Source: a virus (Duplodnaviria > Caudoviricetes). Taken from it: 64,000 nucleotides of DNA. Position 1 is the first letter of the stretch. Every line of letters begins with the position of its first letter. Shown one piece after another: positions 36,459 to 43,950 of the stretch. The translations under genes and the position numbers were made by a program. The DNA is taken from IMG/VR virus record IMGVR_UViG_3300043630_000001, positions 4,599 to 68,598 of that record, one strand, 5' to 3'. A model generated the notes under the pieces. It was not told the origin of the DNA. It did not search any database and worked only from the letters and a program-made list of their open reading frames with translations.

Positions 36459-39400
36459 ACTTCCAATTGCTGCAACAGGGTTCGGCTCAAACACTCTGCT
36501 TTGAGGTTCAATTGGTATTTGCCAGGTTCAATCTCTTTCTCCTCAGCTTCCAGAAAACTCCAGGCATCTGCTCCGGTGTCCAGTAGCGTAACTAAATTAG
36601 CCAGCTGCGCCTCTGTGCCTGTAATCTGCAAATGCACTTGGCTATTCACCAACTGCCACGTGTTCAACGTGCTATCAGGTATGCCCAGGCTTTCGGTGAT
36701 ATGCTCAGCGCCTAGTTCAGCCAGCCCAGCTTTGATCGCTTCAGTCGTCGGCAAATCACCGACCTCAATTTGGTTATAGAAGTCCCTGCCAAAAGAGATG
36801 GAAGACTCAATCGGTACATGCATGCCACCGTAAGGTGCAACCATACAAGCGTGGCAGTCAGGTATAAAGTCCAAGAGGTCGGCTACCTTGACGCTCCAGA
36901 GGACCTCATCATGGATGGGGCCCACGTATACTGCGTCATATCGGTACGCCAACCCAGCCTGCCACATACGCCCCTCAGCCAACTTAGTCATCTCAGCTGA
37001 ACTGCTCTGAACCTTGAAGTTCACAGCCTGGCGTTCGGCCTTACTTGCTGTCCAACGATCACCGTCCACCAGAGCTTCACGCAAATGACGAACAGCACCA
37101 AGTTTCGTCTTTACGCAGCCGTAGGTCTTGGCTTCTTCGATTACTTGCTCTTTCCATTCAGCGGCTACAGAGAAAGCTGCCTCTTTAGCGTCAAGGAAAG
37201 ACTGTGCGGTATCTTCATCAACCATTAAGGTCTGGGCAAGTTTTGGAGCCATGGAGCCGTACTCGCTCGTGAAGTTTGTCTTTTTGGCAAGTGTTCTAGC
37301 ATCTTTCGCTATCTTCTTCGCTTCTTCTCCCAGCTCGCCGTGAAGTGCTTTCATCAGCGTGTCGTAGCCCCAGCCTAGCTCAGGATGCATACGCTTCACA
37401 ATACCTACCGCAGTCAGTGCGTGCATGTCCTTTCTACTGTCACCCACATAGCAGGCCAGCATGTTGGGGTCTTGGGAGTAGTCGGCAATAACGCGCAGCT
37501 CCTGTGAAGCAAAGTCCATTGATACGAGTACAGCGTCAGGTCGGTGAGGCACCATGGCTTCACGGAACTTGGCATCCTGGCCGTCGATCTTAGCGTGCTT
37601 GGGTTGCTGCTGTAGATTTGGTCCTGATGTGGAAGCACGACGAGTATTGGTAGACGCCTGGTTGTGTTGCGAACGTACCTTGCCATCCTTCCAGTGCTTG
37701 AAGTAGGGATACTTGCTATAGTACAGTGAGCGCCTGGTGCCCACCATGGCCATCAGCTTCAAGCTTTCCAGTACGTCTTTGACTTTGCTCCAAGTTGCAA
37801 TAACTTCCGCAGACTCATCTGTAGCCATCTCTTCTGCATGCTGGACCTTCTCGTTGCACTCCTGAATAGCATAGGCAATTGCCAGCGCGTCAGTTTTAGC
37901 TGATCCCTTCTCACCCTTAGCACGCATGATGTCGGTGGGCTTGTTACGCACCTGCACGGTCAGCTTCATGACGTCGTACATCAGATTCTGCATTTGTTTA
38001 GGTGAGCCGTCGTTGAACTGAGGTTCACACTTGTAGAAGCTCTGCACGTAATCGTTGAAGTCTGTGTCGGTACCCGCAGCCAAGCGTTCCAGCAGGCCAG
38101 CGAAAGCCGGCTGCTCTTTCACCTTCTCAATAAACGTCACGATCTTGGAAACAGTACGCATCGCTGTATCCAACACTTCACCAGTCACGATTGTGTACGC
38201 TACCTTGATCTCTGCCGGGGTGATATCTTTCGTGAACACCGGGGGATGAGTACCTTCCCAGCCTTTTTCCATCAAGTAGCCGCGAACAACATCCCAGGCT
38301 TTGTCGTACGTGATCGTGTCTTCTGCTGCCAGTTCATTAATTTTTTCGACAGAGATGTCACAGCCGTCAATGAAGTTTTTTGCATGCTGATAAGCCGCGT
38401 CAATTTCCACCTGCAGGTATACATGATAGTGGTGCTCAAGCTGCATGCACAGCTTGTAGTAATTGTGCAGGGCTGCCGTCGTGATCGTATCGTCTGCGCC
38501 ATATGCCAATACATGCTGAGCCGACAACTCGTGCATCTTGTACTGACGCGTCTGCGTCAGCACGACAGCTTCTTGTACCACCTTGCCAGCCTCGTCCACC
38601 TCTTCGGTGTCACGCATAACCGTCACGAACTTGGTGATTTCCGGACCTTGCAAGGGTGGCAGTGGGAAGTTTGTTTCTGCGTCGAACTGCAGGATCACCT
38701 CAAACTTGCCGGTACCAACTTCCTGAGTCTCGTACACTTCCGTGATGTAGCGTCCACCCTTGGGCAGCTGGCCAAGGTGAGCAGTGATCGTGGTCACTTG
38801 CTGATATGTTTCTTGTGTGTACCCAAGGTGGTGTAAAGACCTTTCCTTCAATCCAACGCTCATGTTTTCATTCACGTAGTTGGCCTCGATCTTGGTGTCC
38901 AATACGTTTGGCAGAAAACCGTGGTAGCCATTGTCCATCTGGCGCGCGCCCCATTCGTTGAACAGTACTACCAACTCAAACGAGACGTTCTGGATGACCA
39001 ACTCAACTTCTTGAGGTATCTCGGCCACGAACTGCCTTAAGGTTTCCGATGAAACATTCTCAGTGTTCGCATGACAGACGCTGAAGTACAGCGTGTACTG
39101 GCGGTTAGGTCCGAACGTCAAAGCCATCCCACAAAGGTACGAGCCGAACACATCAACGCCTACGCCTTCCTTTTTACCCTGCTCAACCAGCCACTCATCT
39201 GACTCATCCGGTGTTGAAGTCTCGATATCCAGAGATACCCAATCACAGGCTTTTATCAAAGGCAACGCCCACTCGCAAGCTTCTGCGAAGTTCTCCGCTG
39301 TAACCAGTCGGATTTGACCGTACCAGTGGCGCAGAACTGGGTCGTCGTTAGCCTGGCGCTGGCGCACCATCCCAGCCTTGTGCGCTAGGGGTACACGCAT

Positions 39401-40228
39401 CGTGTTCACCCACTCAGGGCGAAGCTTTGCCAAGTCGAATGAGTTTATGACAGCTACCCGATTCTCATAGATCATTTTCACCAGCTTGTGTGCTGGGTCA
39501 TCGATCATGTCGTGCAGTGGATCAAGATTCGACTGCAGGAGCAGGTCATGCGTCTCCTGCAGACCGTCTGCGCCATACTGAGCCAGAAACTTTTCAAAAG
39601 ACTTCACACCGAAACCGGGGCAACCCTTGATGTTATCGGAAGGGTCGCCCACCAGCGCCTTGTATGTTGTCACCAGATGGTAATCGAAAACGCCGTACTT
39701 GTTGTACGCCTTCAAGCCATCATTGTAGGTTTCGACTGTGGCACCGTAGCCATTCTTGCAGTTCAGCGCAGTTAAGTCGCCGTCATACGAAGCGATCACC
39801 ATGTCACGTTCGGTGTGGCATGCCAAGTAGGCCAAGGTGTCATCCCCCTCGGCGTAGTCCTGTATAAGGACCTGGGCACCGAGTCCTAGCCAGTTCTCCT
39901 GCAGCATCTCTTTCAGCTTGTTGAACTCGGCATAAGCTTCTGCCGGACGGCTGCTTCCTCCGGCTTTGTACTGGTTGTTGATCAGTATGCGCTGTGACTT
40001 GGAGTTCAAGCCCTCGAACACGAGCAGTACATTCATAGGCACTGCGCCGTATTCCTTCATTACTTTTACCATCATGCCGGTAATGATGTCGTAGGCATAC
40101 TCCGCAGTGTTCACCAGAACTTCCTTGCCCTCGTGGGTTACCGTGTAGCCGTTTTCGGTGTCCTTGCCTCCGCCGAACGCGCGCCACATGTAGGACGAGC
40201 AGTCAAATGCCAGTAAGGGGTTTTTCAT
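36446..40228 (-). CDS. polA: Family A DNA polymerase with N-terminal 5'-3' exonuclease, 3'-5' exonuclease and polymerase domains
   Basis: FDCSSY/EGDD/SYDGD/GDPSDNIKG (5' nuclease); LDIET...YGADD (proofreading); motif A DFASQELR, motif B RTLAKKTNFTSEYG, motif C IHDE. Start 40228 is ATGA-coupled. Confidence 0.95.
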   Translation of the reverse strand: MKNPLLAFDCSSYMWRAFGGGKDTENGYTVTHEGKEVLVNTAEYAYDIITGMMVKVMKEYGAVPMNVLLVFEGLNSKSQRILINNQYKAGGSSRPAEAYAEFNKLKEMLQENWLGLGAQVLIQDYAEGDDTLAYLACHTERDMVIASYDGDLTALNCKNGYGATVETYNDGLKAYNKYGVFDYHLVTTYKALVGDPSDNIKGCPGFGVKSFEKFLAQYGADGLQETHDLLLQSNLDPLHDMIDDPAHKLVKMIYENRVAVINSFDLAKLRPEWVNTMRVPLAHKAGMVRQRQANDDPVLRHWYGQIRLVTAENFAEACEWALPLIKACDWVSLDIETSTPDESDEWLVEQGKKEGVGVDVFGSYLCGMALTFGPNRQYTLYFSVCHANTENVSSETLRQFVAEIPQEVELVIQNVSFELVVLFNEWGARQMDNGYHGFLPNVLDTKIEANYVNENMSVGLKERSLHHLGYTQETYQQVTTITAHLGQLPKGGRYITEVYETQEVGTGKFEVILQFDAETNFPLPPLQGPEITKFVTVMRDTEEVDEAGKVVQEAVVLTQTRQYKMHELSAQHVLAYGADDTITTAALHNYYKLCMQLEHHYHVYLQVEIDAAYQHAKNFIDGCDISVEKINELAAEDTITYDKAWDVVRGYLMEKGWEGTHPPVFTKDITPAEIKVAYTIVTGEVLDTAMRTVSKIVTFIEKVKEQPAFAGLLERLAAGTDTDFNDYVQSFYKCEPQFNDGSPKQMQNLMYDVMKLTVQVRNKPTDIMRAKGEKGSAKTDALAIAYAIQECNEKVQHAEEMATDESAEVIATWSKVKDVLESLKLMAMVGTRRSLYYSKYPYFKHWKDGKVRSQHNQASTNTRRASTSGPNLQQQPKHAKIDGQDAKFREAMVPHRPDAVLVSMDFASQELRVIADYSQDPNMLACYVGDSRKDMHALTAVGIVKRMHPELGWGYDTLMKALHGELGEEAKKIAKDARTLAKKTNFTSEYGSMAPKLAQTLMVDEDTAQSFLDAKEAAFSVAAEWKEQVIEEAKTYGCVKTKLGAVRHLREALVDGDRWTASKAERQAVNFKVQSSSAEMTKLAEGRMWQAGLAYRYDAVYVGPIHDEVLWSVKVADLLDFIPDCHACMVAPYGGMHVPIESSISFGRDFYNQIEVGDLPTTEAIKAGLAELGAEHITESLGIPDSTLNTWQLVNSQVHLQITGTEAQLANLVTLLDTGADAWSFLEAEEKEIEPGKYQLNLKAECLSRTLLQQLEVCAR

Positions 40229-40767
40229 GCTTGGTTCCTTTTGATGTCGGAAATAATACAATCCAATGTTGTGTAAAGTTTCTCAAGGGTGCTGTCGTTG
40301 CGTACAATGAAGTCCTTGGGCTGTACAGCCACACCAGCTTCAGAGGCATGGGCGGCCACAGCATACTCTCGCCCTTCTATGTGGATGATTACGCCACCCT
40401 TGCTACGCACCATCTCCGCTTCGTTCTCAAATCTCACATCAGTTATGGCGTGCCCTTGCACCAGATTCACCGGCACAGACTGCAACATTTCGATGTTGTT
40501 CTCGGCCAGTTTCAGCCAAAAATTTCCTTGCAGGTCGCGCCCCCATTCGGTACCTAGAGTTTGGGCTGCTTTACGATAAGAAAAATCCCAGCCAGGCAGT
40601 GGCAGCTCTTTCTGGTCGCGCGCAGGTTCGTGAATGCCCACTGCAGCCAGCATTGACTTCAACGGCCCCGCGAAAGCGGATTGGCTAAAGCCATAAGTTT
40701 TTCTCAGGTATGCTGCCGCTGTGTCTTTACCACTGCCTGCTTTTCCTGCTAAGCCTATCAAAATCAT
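40225..40767 (-). CDS. Deoxynucleoside monophosphate kinase (T4 gp1-like)
   Basis: IGLAGKAGSGKDT P-loop, QTLGTEWGRD, ITDVRFENE. Confidence 0.9.
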   Translation of the reverse strand: MILIGLAGKAGSGKDTAAAYLRKTYGFSQSAFAGPLKSMLAAVGIHEPARDQKELPLPGWDFSYRKAAQTLGTEWGRDLQGNFWLKLAENNIEMLQSVPVNLVQGHAITDVRFENEAEMVRSKGGVIIHIEGREYAVAAHASEAGVAVQPKDFIVRNDSTLEKLYTTLDCIISDIKRNQA

Positions 40768-40775
40768 GGTCGCTC

Positions 40776-41798
40776 CTATTTCATGGATTCTGGTACTTGA
40801 TACCAGAGTTGACTGAGTGTGTACTTTATTGCGTCAGCTTTTTCAGGAGCTAACATGTAGGGAAAAGTTTTAGCAGAAAAAATCTCCCGGCGAAAATTTG
40901 AATGGTTATACCAGGTAGGCACAAGTAATTCCAGCAGCGTGTTCAGTCGAACTAAGTCTGACACCTGAGCTGTCATAATCGCCTCAGCTTCGGTCAAGGC
41001 TGCCACCTTGTTCAGCCATTCCTGCTTATTGGCAGGTGCCTCATAGACTGCTTTAATCATTGCTGGGCACCCACGCCCCATCGTGAGCACTCTCAAGGCT
41101 TGCAGTGCGTAGTCTATCGCTGCAAAGTTTAGCTTCAGTTCCTCACGGCATTCGTAAAGTACAGATCGGGCCAAAGCAACAACGTCAAAATAACAGGTTG
41201 TGTCTATCTCTCCTCGTGGGGCCTCAAGCAGTGCTTGAACCATACCCTCCCCACTGGTAGGCCAATCTGCTGCACCTACAAGTGGCAACCCATCACGTAC
41301 GCCAAATTCATGACCAGAGGCAGTTTTGACCAGGTAGGTAGAATCGTCTGACTGTATGTCGAGCAAGGGTAGGTTTTTAACCGCCACACGTGCGACTTCC
41401 AGAGATAGCAGGATACCGGCATAATCATCCTTAGCATCAGGCTTACTAAACAGGCAGGCTTTTATGCCCAGGGAAGCACCAGGCAGCGCATGCGATATTC
41501 CGCGATACTGCCCTCGGTGGAACGTCTGGCTTGGGCGATGGTGCAACGCTCCCATAGAACCTTGCCAGAAAGAGTGCAGCTTGGCACCTGTCGTTGCCAC
41601 TGTAGGATAGATTAGGTCATCTAAGTCACATCCCTCCAGTTCCAGGTTTGTCTGCAGAGGAGGCAGCTGCCAAGGCAGGTCAGTGAGTCTTAACTGAGGC
41701 TTGCGTAAAGTCTCAGGTGGCAGCCCAGAGGAAGCAAAAGCGGCTGACACCGCTTTTGCTAACTGCGCTATCCGACGTGCGGTAGCTTTTGTGGTCAT
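40776..41798 (-). CDS. Hypothetical protein (340 aa)
   Basis: Long ORF tiled between the MazG-like gene and the dNMP kinase. No motif recognised. Confidence 0.6.
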   Translation of the reverse strand: MTTKATARRIAQLAKAVSAAFASSGLPPETLRKPQLRLTDLPWQLPPLQTNLELEGCDLDDLIYPTVATTGAKLHSFWQGSMGALHHRPSQTFHRGQYRGISHALPGASLGIKACLFSKPDAKDDYAGILLSLEVARVAVKNLPLLDIQSDDSTYLVKTASGHEFGVRDGLPLVGAADWPTSGEGMVQALLEAPRGEIDTTCYFDVVALARSVLYECREELKLNFAAIDYALQALRVLTMGRGCPAMIKAVYEAPANKQEWLNKVAALTEAEAIMTAQVSDLVRLNTLLELLVPTWYNHSNFRREIFSAKTFPYMLAPEKADAIKYTLSQLWYQVPESMK

Positions 41799-41800
41799 TG

Positions 41801-42253
41801 TTAGCTCTGCTTTCCGAGCACGATTAAAGCGGCCAGGTGCTCTGACAACATAGGTTCAGGTTTCCAATATCCAGGGCCTTTTTTAACTTTACCCTGCTCG
41901 TCATGGATCGGCTTACCGTCCGCTCCCAGCTTCGAGAAGTTCGACTGCATGATGATAGCCAGCACATCGTCCAGAGGCAGCCCAAATTTGACCATCTCTG
42001 ATGCTGCATAAACTTGGACGTCTCCCAGCCAGTCGGCTAAGTCTGTCAAAATTTCCAGCGAAGCTTCAGGGCTGGCTGGTGCTTCCAACTTGGCCACGAT
42101 CAGGTCGACTTCATCGATCTCTTTCAGCAGGATGCTTTTGAAGTTCTTCAACCGTTGGGAAACGTTCATGCCGATGTCCAGCGTCGGAACCGGGCTGACC
42201 GGCAACTTGTACATGGCGTTGAATTTCTGAATGTCTTGTGTAAAACGGCTCAT
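41801..42253 (-). CDS. MazG/PRA-PH-like NTP pyrophosphohydrolase
   Basis: KEIDE...LADWLGDVQVY...SNFSKLGADGKPIHDEQGKVKKGPGY. Confidence 0.85.
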   Translation of the reverse strand: MSRFTQDIQKFNAMYKLPVSPVPTLDIGMNVSQRLKNFKSILLKEIDEVDLIVAKLEAPASPEASLEILTDLADWLGDVQVYAASEMVKFGLPLDDVLAIIMQSNFSKLGADGKPIHDEQGKVKKGPGYWKPEPMLSEHLAALIVLGKQS

Positions 42254-42972
42254 TTCAATCTCCTCGCTTTCTCCATACTGGCACGCAGATTTGCTTCCAA
42301 ATCTGGAAGCGCCAACATGTAGTCCAGGTAATCCTTGGGCAGGGTTAAAACCATCTCACCCTTGTGCCTGCCGAAAGGCATAACATGGACCGTCTGTTCT
42401 TTGATGGCTGCCAGCTGCGGTAAGGTTCTGCCTGACAGCCTCAGCAGGTGTTTCAGCAGCTCGTGTGTTGTCTGCACATCAGCCGGTGCTCTGTGCGCGT
42501 CAGGCGTTGGTATCCCGAAAAACGCAGCCAGCGTAGGCAGTTTATTGTTCTCTGGCCCTTTCACCAGCTGGCGCGACCAGAACAGCGTACACACCGAGGC
42601 GACCACAGTGAACACAGGCGTACAGAGAGGCAAGTCAAAAGGCACGTTATGCGCAATAAACACAACGTCATGGTCGGCTAACTCTCCGTTCAAACGTTGT
42701 TCAACAAATTCTGCCAAGGTAGGTTCGTCGGCCACCATCTCGCTGGTGATACCGTGGATGTTGGTAGCGCCTGGATGAATTTCACGCTCAGGGTTGATCA
42801 AAGAAGCCCACTCTTTGACCGTCTCCAGCGTTTCAGGATCAATGCGACGCAGCGCTAACTCGACAATGCCAATAGGATTATCTAAGCCGGTGGTTTCAGT
42901 GTCGGCAATCACGTAGGCCAGGGGACGTGCTGCAGTGACATCTTCAGGGTTCAGGTTCATAAGGTCTTTCAT
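42250..42972 (-). CDS. DEDDh 3'-5' exonuclease (exonuclease X/DnaQ-like)
   Basis: DTETTG, AHNVPFD, AHRAPAD, and C-terminal MPFGRHKG...LPKDYL. Confidence 0.9.
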   Translation of the reverse strand: MKDLMNLNPEDVTAARPLAYVIADTETTGLDNPIGIVELALRRIDPETLETVKEWASLINPEREIHPGATNIHGITSEMVADEPTLAEFVEQRLNGELADHDVVFIAHNVPFDLPLCTPVFTVVASVCTLFWSRQLVKGPENNKLPTLAAFFGIPTPDAHRAPADVQTTHELLKHLLRLSGRTLPQLAAIKEQTVHVMPFGRHKGEMVLTLPKDYLDYMLALPDLEANLRASMEKARRLK

Positions 42973-43006
42973 TACAGGCGGCAGAGTTCATAGGGTCTTT
43001 CATGGA

Positions 43007-43030
43007 AGAGGCAGCCCGAAGGCTGCCTCT
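43007..43030 (-). terminator. Hairpin with UUCG loop downstream of the 43042-43872 gene
   Basis: AGAGGCAGCC-TTCG-GGCTGCCTCT on the - strand. The U tract is weak. Confidence 0.55.
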
Positions 43031-43041
43031 ATGCTGCAGGT

Positions 43042-43872
43042 TTAAACGTACTGGGCGAATTTCACTACTGTCCAGTCCCGCTTATTTTTCGCATCCGACT
43101 GCACTTCACAGGTCATGCGAAGCCGGGTGGCACCCAGGGCAGGGGACAGCCCACGGCCAATGTTAAAGTCAGTTTGAATCTTGTGGCGTTCAAACTGCGC
43201 TTTGCTGGTAGGAGGCAGGCTGATCTGGACCAATTGATCCTTGATTTCAGCCAACTTACCTGGGTCAAACAAAGACCCGACCAGCACAACACGCTCACTG
43301 CGAGACGCCTTGTCGAAACCAGCTTCCTTCAGGTCTTCCAGGTAGCTTTTGCAATCTTCACCTGTGGTAGTCGTCACGCCGTCGTCAGAGTAACGAACCT
43401 TATCGTTATCTGCATCACCTTCAGTACCTGGTGAGATAACGAATTGCTGCTGGTACGACAACAGCTCCAACCCTACCGAGTCACCCAGCTTGGCCTTGTC
43501 GCCCTTGCGCATGAAAGTACCTTGATTCGCCAGCAGGCTTTCAAAAGTATTCCAGTCCACATGAAAAGCATTTTCCAGGCCAGCAAAAATGTTTCCCATC
43601 ACAGGCGCAGCCAGAACAATATTGCTGGCAGTTTTTGCCGCTACGGCTGTGCTTGTAGAGGCTGTCTTAGACGCTTCCACAGCTTCACGCTCAGCCTTGG
43701 CTTCATCAGCCCGGGCAGCAGCTGCCACTGCCAGGCGTTCATGCGCTGAAAGTGTAGCTGTCTCGTCTACTACTTCCTTCACCGCCCCGTCAATCACGCC
43801 GTCATCGACATTCTTGTCAGCGTCAGGAGCTTCGAACTTGTTTTTTATCAGTGCCATCATCATTCCAATCAA
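43042..43872 (-). CDS. Putative ssDNA-binding/replication accessory protein
   Basis: Disordered Ala/Glu N-terminus and beta-rich core. Own strong promoter and terminator, within the replication module. Function inferred. Confidence 0.4.
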   Translation of the reverse strand: MIGMMMALIKNKFEAPDADKNVDDGVIDGAVKEVVDETATLSAHERLAVAAAARADEAKAEREAVEASKTASTSTAVAAKTASNIVLAAPVMGNIFAGLENAFHVDWNTFESLLANQGTFMRKGDKAKLGDSVGLELLSYQQQFVISPGTEGDADNDKVRYSDDGVTTTTGEDCKSYLEDLKEAGFDKASRSERVVLVGSLFDPGKLAEIKDQLVQISLPPTSKAQFERHKIQTDFNIGRGLSPALGATRLRMTCEVQSDAKNKRDWTVVKFAQYV

Positions 43873-43921
43873 AAGTTAAATTTACCAGGCTACGGTGCCT
43901 GGCTACCTTACTACATGACAA

Positions 43922-43950
43922 AGCATATCAAACTTTGTCATTTGTGTCAA
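43922..43950 (-). promoter_or_regulatory. Sigma70-like promoter TTGACA-N17-TATGCT with an overlapping 9-bp inverted repeat
   Basis: -35 at 43950-43945, -10 at 43927-43922. ATGACAAAG-N9-CTTTGTCAT at 43915-43941. Confidence 0.65.

Noticed and set aside
36446-40228. Intein or intron in the DNA polymerase, suggested by its length
   Set aside because: No C/S...HN splice motifs or group I intron break. The length is explained by the 5' nuclease domain, the exonuclease insert and the C-terminal extension.
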